Source: Octopus sinensis (taxonomy: Eukaryota). Taken from it: 64,000 nucleotides of DNA. A model generated the notes under the pieces. The model ran no database searches, was not told the DNA's origin, and saw only the letters and a program-made list of their open reading frames with translations. Location: contig NC_043000.1 of the NCBI RefSeq assembly GCF_006345805.1, positions 27,590,001-27,654,000 on the forward strand, read 5' to 3'. This document shows, in pieces, positions 53,361 to 64,000 of the stretch. A program made the position numbers and the translations under genes. Position 1 is the stretch's first letter; every line of letters begins with the position of its first letter.

Positions 53361-53550
53361 AGTGATGAAGATGGTGATGATGATGGTGATGATGATGGTG
53401 ATGGTGGTACTGGTGGTGTTTGTGGTGGTGCTGTGGTGATTGTGTTACTGGTGGTGATGATGATGATGACGACGACGACGACGATGGTGATGACGATGAT
53501 GATGATGATGATAATCATGATGCGGATGCTGATGATGATGAGGATGAAGA
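53143..53550. repeat. (GAT)n/(GGT)n trinucleotide tract
   Basis: Directly visible. Confidence 0.95.
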
Positions 53551-54010
53551 CGAGCAGATGGGACGCAGCAAAAATAACACAACGAACCCAGGGGCGTCCT
53601 GTTATTCACAAAACGATTATTAATAATTGCAAAAATTCTCGAAATAGTTCTCACATTCGTGGACACCGAAATGTTTCAGAATGTTTGAAACAGCAGATTG
53701 TGCTATCGCTGTAAATTAATCTAGTATGCATTTGTGAATGACAAAGCTGTTTACAGGAAATAAACATTAAGGTGTGGCCAATACAAAAGGACGAGTATTC
53801 CAAGGATATTCCTTCTCACCGTAGCTTTTTGGGATTGCCATGGTTCCATTATCAATAATATTACGAGAGACAGATATTGGCTACCAGACTGAAAATAAAG
53901 GACCTAAGATAAATCCTTCTACTTTTCAAGGATGCTTTGAAGCTCTATGGCAAGAATGAATGGCAGCTTGACCTACTGGTGAGAACTATTCAATGGTTTT
54001 GTAACGTCTT
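53545..54010 (+). pseudogene. R4/Dong-like non-LTR RT relic
   Basis: EDEQMGRSKN../VIHKTIINNCK../HSWTPKCFRMF../GRVFQGYSFSP*LFGIAMVPLSIILRETDIGY../LLFKDALKLYGKNEWQLDLLVRTI. Confidence 0.7.
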
Positions 54011-54429
54011 TACAACAAAACACTGGGACTGAGTCTCGTATTGTAAAGTGTTCCACAATGACTTTGAAGAGATGTAGGCGTGGATGTAGTAATGAGATTA
54101 AATAAAATAATGAAGACCATCACCCATTTTTCATCTTCGATATCATTGTTTGTTTACATCTGACGCCACGTATACAAAATGTAGTAACGAAAATTAGCGC
54201 TGGCAGACATTTTTTAGCATATCTGTAGAGAGGACCTTAACAAATAATGTAAAAGCGAACTGCTAACACAATAGAACACGCTATTGACTTATAAATACGT
54301 TTAATATACTCTATAGTATGATTTGGGTGCTTAGAAAAATACCACGTACCTACAAATCATTTGTATTTACATACCAGCTTCCAGGAATGCGTTAAATTAG
54401 TATATTCAATAATGTTACAACGCTATATA

Positions 54430-54820
54430 TAGTGGTAAGTAGCTTGCTTACCAACCACATAGTTTCGGGTTCACTACGACATCGTGGGACCTTCAGCAAG
54501 TGTCTTCTACTATAGCCTCGGGCCGATCAAAGCCTTGTGAGTGGATTTCGTAAATGGAAACTGAAAGAAGCCTGTCGTATATATGTCTATATGTGTGAGT
54601 GCGTGTGTGTATGTTTCTGCGTCTGTGTTTGTCCCCCCCAACGTTGCTTGACAACTTATGTGTGCTGTGTTTACGTCCCTGTAACTTAGCGGTTAGGCAA
54701 AAGAGACCGATAAAATAAATACTAGGCTTACAAAGAATAAGACCTGGGGTCGATTTTCTTGACTAAACGTGGTGCTCCAGCATGGCCATATTCAAATGAC
54801 TTAAACAAGTAAAAGAATGT
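54430..54820 (+). mobile_element. SINE family B
   Basis: GTGGTAAGTAGCTTGCTTACCAACCAC..internal microsatellite..GGTGCTCCAGCATGGCC tail. Confidence 0.88.
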
Positions 54821-55237
54821 GTTTGAGGATGATTAATGGGTCGGACGGGCGCTGATGAAAGGGTAAAACCACACAAAAAATGGCACATACGCTCATTCTC
54901 CATTTTTGATCTTCGATCTCACCGTTTGTTTACGTCGAACGACTCGTATACGAAACGTAGTAACAAAAATCATGGCTGGTTATAATTCCTACAGAATATC
55001 TGTAGAGATAACCTTAACAAATAATGATGACAAGTGGATATAAATATCTTGTCGTTTTGGAGCTCGACAAAGTTCTATACAAGAAAAGGAAAAGTCTTTC
55101 TAAGCAGTTCAGACCTGAAAGCCAAATTGAAGATTACTGCTATCAAAGTCCGGGATTTTCCGGTTATTTGAAATAATGTGTTTCGGTTTTGGATTTGGTT
55201 TGCAAGATTCTTTATATGAGTTCATGTGTTGAAGCAT

Positions 55238-55432
55238 ATGTTGTTGTGTCTGGGGAGACATTTTCATTTTGGGCTTTATAATGTAACACATTCACTGGTA
55301 AAATTTCCATTTATTTCTTATTTTTAATTTTTTTATTTTGTATTTCTAATAAGTAATACGTGGAAGTTTTACCGGTGAGCGTGTTACATTATAAGGCACA
55401 AAAAGAAGTTCATTCTCCCCAGACACAACATG
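55238..55432. repeat. Imperfect inverted repeat (~70-bp arms), MITE-like
   Basis: TGTTGTGTCTGGGGAGA..TTATAATGTAACAC..CACTGGTAAAATTTCCA versus TGGAAGTTTTACCGGTGAG..GTGTTACATTATAA..TCTCCCCAGACACAACA. Confidence 0.7.
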
Positions 55433-55644
55433 ATATAATGTTGTTATTTCGGATTGGACCGATGAAAGGATAAATACGTTGGATAGGTTAACTCGAAAGA
55501 AAATGATTGATAATAATGTATTGCACCGAAAGAAAAATGTTATATGGTTATATACACCGAGGAAGGTGGATGGATGAGGACTTGTAAGTGTGAATGACTG
55601 TGTGGCAAATAAAATTCAAGTCTTTAGTGTTGTATTTACTATTT

Positions 55645-56035
55645 TACTCTTTTACATGTTTCAGTCATTTGACTGTGGCCATGCTGGAGCACAGCGTTTA
55701 GTCGACCGAATCCAGCCCAGGACTCATTCTTTGCGAGCCTAGTACTTATTCTATCGGTCTCTTTTGCCGAACCGCTATGTTACGGGGACGCAAACACACC
55801 AGCATCGGTTGTCAAGTGATGTTGGGGACACGAACAAAGACACACATCCATGTAAACACACATACATATATACGACAGGCTTCTTTCAGTTTCCGTCTAC
55901 GAAATCCACTCACAAGGTTTTTGGTCGGCCCGAGGCTATAGTAGAAGACATTTGCCCAAGGTGCCACGTAATGGGACTGAACCAGGAATCATGCGCTTCG
56001 TAAGCAAGCTATTTACCACAAAGCCATAACTACAC
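55645..56035 (-). mobile_element. SINE family B
   Basis: Near full-length reverse homolog of 54430-54820. Confidence 0.88.
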
Positions 56036-56399
56036 CTTTGTCAAAAGGTACAGAATAACGTCTAAAGTATGCTATCATAAACATGGAGAATCCCAGAGAA
56101 TGCGGCTGTTCAGCGTCGGCCACATATAAGAGTGTTTTAACTCGTGTTTTAGCTGATATTATTAGCTGCTGCTCTTTTCTGAGAGCGCCTAAGTTTGAGA
56201 AATTCTTCTTATTTCTGGGAGTTGGTTAGCAATTATTTTAGCTTGCTTTACATTGCTTATTTTATAGGCTCTCTCAGTTTACCTTTCTACAGCAAAATAC
56301 ATCATTTTATTTGGGCATGGAATAGACAAAACGAAATAAGTCGTCATAACGATCATACATTTCCCACCTGCTTAATGGCTTGTGTGAAGTGAAAATTGT

Positions 56400-56572
56400 A
56401 GGCTCAGAGTGGCTGTGTGATAAGAGGCTTGCTTTCCAGCCATATGATTCTGGGTTCAGTCCCACTGCGTTGCACCTTGGGCAAGTGTGTTCTACTATAG
56501 CCTAGAGCCGACCAAAGTGTTATGAGTGGATATGGAAGACGGAGACTGAAAGAAGCCCGTCTCTCTCTCTCC

Positions 56573-56616
<44 letters not shown>

Positions 56617-56796
56617 GTGCGTGGGTATATATATATGTGTGTGTGTATATATACATATATATATATGCATATATATATATGTGTGTATATATATATGTAT
56701 ATATATATGCATATATATATATGTATATATGTATATGTATATATGTATATATATGTATATATATGTATATGTATGTATATATATATATGTATATAA

Positions 56797-56839
<43 letters not shown>

Positions 56840-57103
56840 GTGTGTGTGTGTGTGTGTGTGTGTTTATATGTTTGCATTATAAATATATGTGTGTGTTTTG
56901 TGTGTGAGTTTGGCCCTCAACCATTGCTTGAAAGCCGATGTTGATGTGTTTACATCCTTGTAATTTAGCGATTCGGCAACAGAGACTGATACAATAAGTA
57001 TTAGGCTTACAAAGAATAAGTCCTGGGGTTTATTTATTCCATTAAAAGCGGTGCTCCATCATGGCTGCAATCAACCGACTGAAACAAGAAAGATAATAAA
57101 AGA
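56400..57103 (+). mobile_element. SINE family B with expanded internal microsatellite (~56560-56905)
   Basis: Head AGGCTCAGAGTGGCTGTGTGATAAG; tail CTGAAACAAGAAAG. Confidence 0.88.
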
Positions 57104-57274
57104 ACGCTAGCAACGATTCACGGAACGTGGACTAATTTCCTGTCTCTAAGGCGGGTTCACGCATCCAGTAAGTCGGTAGATGAGAAAATGTCCTTCAGTT
57201 ATACTTAAAGTAGAACAACTGTCACGGAGGCAACAAGAACATAACATGTAAAATGAACATTGCAATCTATCGTA

Positions 57275-57845
57275 ATGGGTTGTCCGGAAAGTTCATGCCG
57301 ATTTTTAAAGGGAAGGAAAGAAAAAGGTGAATAAATTCATGCCGTTACATTTTTAATCAACCAAATATGAACCATTTTGTTGCACAATGCGTCTCCATCT
57401 TTCCTTTAACTTGAAAATACTCTCTTCCAAGAATTGAGGTGGTTTCATGGCAAAGACGTCATAAAGTATCCTTTTACGTCATCCAAGGAATTGAAATTTT
57501 TAAAATTAAGACTATTCTGCAGAGACCTGAATAAGTGGAAATGCAAAGGAGCAGTATCTGGTGAATATGGAGGGTAGGGGTAACACATCCCAGCCGAGCT
57601 GCAGCAAATTTTGTCTGGTTCCTAAAGCATCAAGTGCTGAAAATGAACTTTCTTATCTTCCATTTTAAAGGTTTACAGAATGAATACACGTTATAGGAAC
57701 ATAAACCTTCTTCCATGAAAAGATAACCTAAACTGTGCTCTAAATGGAGGTGTAGTCAAATCCTATTTTATGGACTTAATCGTGTTCTAAAATAAGTCGA
57801 AAGGTAAGCTACAATAAGTCGGCACGAACTTTCCGGATAACCCAA
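57275..57845 (-). mobile_element. Internally deleted mariner element
   Basis: TA TSD; TIR TGGGTTRTCCGGAAAGTTCRTGCCGA; minus-strand relics MEDKKVHF, LLQLGWDVLP/PPYSPD-AP..FHLFRSLQNSL, FKLKERWRRIVQQNGSYLVD*. Confidence 0.9.
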
Positions 57846-58447
57846 TACTACGCAATTGTTCCACTAAACCGGTTTACTATAGATTTATGTAAAGGGATGA
57901 AATAAATGTTAATGAGAATAATATAGTTTTTACTATTTGAGTCAGTTATTTTATTGCTGTCGTTCAGTGACAAAGATAAAGAAGATAATCCTTTTAGGAG
58001 AAAATATTATACGCCTGTGCTTCTGTTATGAATTTTCTTCCGGAAACGTGATATTTGTGTCATTTCTTTAGACATAATACTGTCATTTTCGAGGAAACAG
58101 AGATACTAAATTTGAAATTACCAACACTCTAGCACCACAAATGAAGAGAATTAGATTCATATCAGTGCATCATATTAGAACCCATTATTTTATGACACAT
58201 TTGGATTTGCCTAAACGAATCCAAAATGTTTAAAAAATAATTTGTTATATATTCTTATTTTCCTCAGTATCCTTAATGTTTTAAACAACTGAGCTCTATG
58301 TAAAATCCAAAAGCTTAGGCAGCAATAATGAGTATGTAACTGTACTGTCATATTGCCTCATTATTACACTAGATAAATTAACGATAGTTTGAATACATAT
58401 ATAACTATAAAATGTTTAGAGTTTAGCTAGTACTATGTGAAGATCTT

Positions 58448-58830
58448 AGGCGGGGAGCTGACAGCATACCGGGCAAAATGCTTTGCGGTATTTCTTCCAG
58501 ATTCCCGTTCTGAGTTCAAATTCCGCCGAGGTCGACTTTGCCTTTCATTCTTTCTGGGTCGATTAAATAAGTACCAGTTACACACTGGGGTTGATATAAT
58601 CGACTTAATCCGTTTGTCTGTCCTTGTTTGTCCTCTCTGTGTTTAGCCCCTTGTGGGTAGTAAAGAAATATGTATTTCTTTCGTATTCATGTTCTGAGTT
58701 CAAATTCCGCCGAGGTCGACTTTGCCTTTTTGCCTTTCAGTATCGTTAAATTAAGTACCAGTTCTGGGGCCGATATAATCAACTTCCCACTCCTCTGAGA
58801 CTTCTAGCCTTGTGTCACAATTTGAAACCA
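58448..58830 (+). mobile_element. SINE family A (58448-58670) followed by a partial second copy (58690-58830)
   Basis: GTTCTGAGTTCAAATTCCGCCGAGGTCGACTTTGCCTTT occurs twice. Confidence 0.85.
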
Positions 58831-59449
58831 ATATTTGAAGATCTGGTACACTTTTGCTATTCTAATTTTGTATTAACCAAGATATGTGAAACGAATTTAT
58901 AGCCGGCCGAAATTATATGCAGGTAATGGACGTTCGTCGGGTTAAATATTGTAAGTATAAAACTGAATACATTCATAATAAATGCTGTGAATACGATGTA
59001 CCTATTCAACCAGGCAAAATACATTCCATGTGAAGAGATACGTAATCCAGTTAATTACTCGTATTTCTTGTAACAAGTGAAAAGTAAAATTAATTTAAAG
59101 TGCATGTATTAAAAAACACAGATTAGGTTAAATCAGATATCGTGTCATGCTTAATCACCCTGTTGTCATCGATATGCGAAATTGGGAAATGTAACTGTAG
59201 ATACATTAATTTACATAGATACATTAATTTAAAAGAAAAATGATTGAAAAATCTGCTTTTGATTAAACCTTAGGAAAGTGAGTGCTGTTTTCTGGCAGGA
59301 GACACCATCAAATAAAAAAGAACAGTATTATATACCAGTAAATGAAAATATAAAATGCGAATCTAGATATTTATACACACATAAGATGATTCATAAAAAA
59401 TGTAAATTAAACTCATTTCATTAGACAATAAAAACCAACCAGGTTGTTA

Positions 59450-60300
59450 ACTCTCTGTTGCTTTCAGAATAATATAAATATTGGTTTCATTCACTTGAAG
59501 CAATATAGACGGCTCCTTCAAAATATAAATCGCCACTCTAATAGCCAGAATATTTTTTTAAATACTTCAAAGCCACTTAAGTCCAACCATAAGTATCACA
59601 GACTGATAAACAAACGCAACATAAAAATATCGTGTTCTAGAACCAATAACTTCGAAAAATTGTAGTCAATTGTATCCACCTTAGAGTAAAAAAGATTTAA
59701 AGAAAGTCAAACGCGTAACAGTGGTTGTAACTTCAAAAAGTATTCACTTTGCCCTCTAAACTGAAACTGTATCACAAATAATATCAATAGCACAACTGTA
59801 CCCACGAATAAAACACCAACTCCATAACTTATATAGGTTCAACAAGAAACCAGTCCTAAAATAATACGACACACACATATGAAAACCAAACGCTTAACTA
59901 AACTCTAAAATAACAACTGAACTCTCCATTACATTCAAATAAAATATTCCAACAATATCTTTGTATCAATCCACAGTCTACAACATACTTCTCTGTTATT
60001 ATCTTCAAATTGTTTTCTTATTTCTCTAATTCGAAAACGTACATGCACCAAGCCTAATTATCATTTCATATAGCTCCACCTACACCAGAAAAAAAGAACT
60101 TACCAAAGACTATATAAAGCCAGAAGGATCCCGTATTTCATTTCAACGAAGGCTAACAGATTGAAACTTCGACCTCACTATCACCCCTCCTCATGTAAAA
60201 GTTTAATGAACTTGTTTTGTACTAAAATGTATTGAGCTATTCTTCAGCTTAATGTTAAATTGTTTTTATTATAACTTGACATAAAAATAAACATTTACTA
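59450..60300 (+). pseudogene. Naiad/Chlamys-type PLE C-terminal relic (GIY-YIG with extra Cys motifs)
   Basis: SNHKYHRLINKRNIKISCSRTNN; GCNFKKYSLCPLN*NCITNNI; ITYIGST; TTELS; terminal HKNKHLL followed by (TA)n. Confidence 0.65.
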
Positions 60301-60334
60301 TATGTATTCATATATATAAACATATATATGTTTG

Positions 60335-60368
<34 letters not shown>

Positions 60369-60421
60369 CATATATATATATATGTATGTTTATATATATA
60401 CATATATATGTATATATACAT

Positions 60422-60526
<105 letters not shown>

Positions 60527-61157
60527 CCGTTATATAAAATCGTAATGTGTTTCGTTCATTTGCATGTTATATTAACATCCGTTTGTTGTTCTTATATGAA
60601 TACTGTATACACATTCTTGGAGGTTTACATGGAAATACAAGAAATGTATTAAGAAGGAAAAAAAACATATTAACAGATGGAGAAAAATCAAAATTGTTGA
60701 GGAAAGTAATGTTGAATGGAAGACATGAATAAATGAAGTAAAAATACAGATAGAATCAAACGACAACAGATCAATGTAGATAGAGCTCGCTGAAGATGAC
60801 AACTAATTTTTTTGTTTTTTTTTTACGCTAATTACATTGGATATGTCTTTTATTGTAATCGGACAGGTTTTGTTGTTGTTTTTCAATGTTTTTTATGCGT
60901 TGTCATCGTTTACATTTCTTTCTAACGTTTCATTGTGTAAGGCGCCTAACTTAATTAAAATCACAGGTTTTACTGATTCCCACAAGGAATCGATATAAAT
61001 ATAATAACATCTAAATGAATCGATATTAGATAAGAAAAAAAAAGGAATGAAATACAGATATGCGCTAACCATGTATTATTCGTTTTAATTTTCTTTTCTT
61101 GTGTTTTATCGCAAGAAAACTGCTTCGGGTGTGATTCTAAAACATTACGTAGAAAAT

Positions 61158-61167
61158 TATATTGTTA

Positions 61168-61225
<58 letters not shown>

Positions 61226-61290
61226 CATCATCATCATCATCATCATCACCATCATTATTGTTGTTGTTGTTGCTGTTGTTATTGTTATTG
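61158..61290. repeat. (ATT)n-(ATC)n-(GTT)n trinucleotide tract
   Basis: Directly visible. Confidence 0.95.
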
Positions 61291-61479
61291 TCGCATCCGA
61301 ATTGCAATAATAGTAAACATTTGTTTTCCTGGAATTACCGCCATCTTTCATAAATACACTGTCGAAAGTTGGAATTGTCACCAATCATGAATATTAAAAC
61401 TTTCTTATAGAAATGAAGATTTCAAAACATTTAGTAACTCCATAACGTCTCTTTTCTTTACCTGTTGAGTCTGTAGGAA

Positions 61480-62600
61480 TGCCAGTGCCCATGGGTCTTG
61501 CAGTCCCTTCTTCAAGACTGGTGCGACTGACGCGCTTAGAATTATGCAGCTGAAAGTCCGTATGAACTATGTCAACAGGAAGGACGAATTGGGGAAGAAG
61601 GATTGAGCAGTGAGGTTAGTGCATAAAATGTGTTCAAGGCAAAATGAGTGATGAGATTTGAAGAAACGTATCGTTCGATGATTCGTGGTGGTGTGAACAC
61701 AACATCAGCCCACACAGAGGGGCCGAGATCATTGTAACTGAGCCAGGAAATCTAAAGAGAAAACATAGCAAGGCTATGGTCTAGAGATGTGGTTTTTAAT
61801 TAGGGTCAATATGACCGTTGGAGGTCTATATAAGATTTTGCCAGCGATTTCCGGATTGGGGTTAAATCAATTACATGGACCCCAGTGCTCAGCTGGTTCT
61901 TATTTTATCAACCGCAGCGGAATTTTAACTCAGGACGTAGAGACGAACGGGATGCGTTTCAGCATTTTATCCGGCGTAGTAATGACATTGTCATCTCGGC
62001 GCCTTGCTATGCCTGAACGTGTTTCAATATTCATGTTTAGAAAAGGCGTGGTGCGAGGAAGCTTTTTTGGTGTGAACAGTACCTGAGGCTTGACTTTTAC
62101 TTTGCTGTTAAAAGGGACCCAGTGGAGGGTGCCCTAAATGGTACGATTGCATAAACAGAACATTCTTTAAAAGGAAAGTCTGTATTTATGGAATCAATGA
62201 AGATTTGGACGTAATTACTAGCTTGTATGTGGTTCGTACATGGTGAAAGAGTGTTAGAGTGGATTGAAGGGTCGTGTCATCTGCATAAGAGAGGACATGG
62301 TTGGATAACAGTGAGGGATAAACTGAATCCTAGCGGATATCTGGGTTTTTGACAGCTGGGCAAGAAGATGTTCGTCAATATATGCTGCAATGGGACCAAT
62401 CCAAGAGATAAGCACCAACCCAAAAGATAAGAGCGAGATGGAGCCCGTGAATGAAATGTTTTGCTAGATTTGCTTGCCAGACATGGGACCACCAGCTAGG
62501 AGCTTACTGGGGATGTTTCTGTCAAATGTGCTAGGAATGTTTCTATCGAAGGTACTGGGGATCCGCTAGTCGTATTGGATCCTGGTGCAAGGTCGATCAG
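61480..62600 (-). pseudogene. Decayed LINE RT and 3' end (CR1/L2/Jockey group), interrupted by a degraded SINE A (~61840-62005)
   Basis: HGLHLALIFWVGAYL; NHVLSYADDTTL at ~62270-62305; HWVPFNSK; AQSFFPNSS. Confidence 0.55.
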
Positions 62601-63075
62601 CTAATTCACCAAAACATAGGCCCGAAATTTTGGCGGGAGGGGGCCAGTCGATTAGATCGACCCCGGTACACAACTGTTACTTAATTTATCTCGCAAAATT
62701 AGAAAGTCAATAAAAGAAAATGGAGAATATAAAATGTTTAAAATTCTCGGTTTATTTTATTCTGAGTAGTAATGCAGATTAAAAGATTAAAAGATTAAAA
62801 GATATACCTATAAGAACAATTTTAAAGGTACCGCGTCAGCAAAGCAACCTAAAAATATCCCAAAAATGTCTACATATGTTTCAATGTAACAATATGAATC
62901 AATCATCAATAATTGTAACTTTTATACATGTAATATGTGATATATTCTTACATCTCTATAAGTAATTTTAGTCTTGAGTTACGAAATGACTTATTTGCGG
63001 ACTATGTTTAGGAATTTTCAAATTCAACCAAACTACTTATTAGGACGCAGAGATCATGTGAGTAGAAATTTATCA

Positions 63076-63260
63076 AGGGGCTAAACATAGAGTTGACAAA
63101 CAAGGATGAACAAAGGGATAAAGTCGATTACATCGAACCCAGTGCGTAACTGGTATTATTTAACCGACCTCGAAAGGATGAAAGGCAAAGTCGACCTCGG
63201 CGGAATTTGTATTCAGAATGGAGGGGTAGACGAAATACTATTCCGCCAGTTCGCTGCCTT
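63076..63260 (-). mobile_element. SINE family A
   Basis: Homology to 2079-2310. Confidence 0.85.
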
Positions 63261-63757
63261 ATTTATTATAACAATCATTATATAAACCATATTTAACACC
63301 AATATATAAGTATAAAATATATCTATTGATCTCTTAATCTTGTAATTATACCCTTCAATAATTTACCTTGACCCTTACTACTAATCTATAATACATATCT
63401 CAGTACTAAATAGAATATACATATAATTAACATTCAATAGACCCCAAATTTATATATATATTTAATATAACCCCTATTTTTTACATTAATGGTGTATTTT
63501 GAACACTATATCTTTTATTTCTATTTTTTATAAAATATTATAATCCAGCATTTATGACTGTTGGTACTTTTAATATATTTCAATATATAAATACGAAAAT
63601 GTAAACTACACCTACGTGGTGATATCTATTCTATCTATGAAACTTATATACATATTGCTGTGGTGAAAAACAAACTCTTTTCATTTTTAAAATTAAGGTT
63701 GATATGATTAACCATATATATATATATATATATATATAATATGTATATATATATATA

Positions 63758-63793
<36 letters not shown>

Positions 63794-63802
63794 TTTATAT
63801 AA

Positions 63803-64000
63803 TTTCAACAATTGAGGGCAAAATTAATTAATTATTAATCAATTTCACCATGTTCAGTATGCAAAGGGACCATTCAAGGCGAATTCAAATTATTACATTA
63901 TATAAAAGGCTTAGTAAAATAAATTACTTTGCCGCATACTGAACTCATTAGAAATAGCAGCTAAAAAACTTTTTTAAAGCTATTTCTAATACTTAAAGAA
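63803..64000 (-). mobile_element. End of another (TA)n-embedded element (runs off window)
   Basis: CAATTGAGGGCAAAATTAATTAATTATTAATCAATTT is the reverse of the 48120-48163-type terminus; hairpin ATTAGAAATAGC/GCTATTTCTAAT at ~63947-63990. Confidence 0.55.

Noticed and set aside
53013-53714. 233-aa poly-Asp ORF as an acidic biomineralisation-type protein
   Set aside because: Open in several frames on both strands because of (GAT)n; no signal peptide; the C-terminus runs into a decayed retroelement RT.
59762-59764. In-frame TGA in the Naiad-like relic as selenocysteine
   Set aside because: It falls at a position that is usually Gly (CPLNGNC), and the copy has many other disruptions; simple decay is more likely.
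61461-61790. Minus-strand exon with CAG|GTAAAG donor
   Set aside because: Better explained as the decayed 3' end of the adjacent LINE relic; contains stops.
63947-63962. TAGAAATAGCA / GCTAGAAATAG resembling the Cas9 sgRNA scaffold (also ~47902, ~13241)
   Set aside because: Only a 10-11 nt match, with no flanking scaffold and no cas genes; it is part of endogenous repeat families.

Overview
AT-rich, microsatellite-saturated eukaryotic DNA. The SINE families and the dense (TA)n/(TG)n/(TATG)n repeats suggest an octopus (coleoid cephalopod) genome, which is an inference. No intact host gene is evident; the best candidate is a minus-strand terminal exon at 51250-51624. The window is mostly mobile-element remains: four tRNA-headed SINE families, a composite Helitron, an IR/DR Tc1 (DD34E), mariner, maT and piggyBac derivatives, CR1/RTE/R4-like LINE relics, an ORF1-only Tx1-like element inserted in a SINE head, and coding relics of three types of Penelope-like element (PLE). 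The most notable signal is non-coding: 13 or more type I hammerhead-ribozyme motifs from several unrelated sequence families, all in small elements sitting in microsatellites. These occur as ~460-500 nt tandem arrays (14.3-15.7 kb, 23.6-25.1 kb), ~200 nt solo units, and 'tail-out' fold-back insertions whose two outer ends both look like 3' ends joined to (TA)n by microhomology. Together they suggest a retrozyme/PLE-derived, microsatellite-targeted retroposition system. All folds, translations and alignments were done by eye, and the boundaries of degraded elements are approximate.
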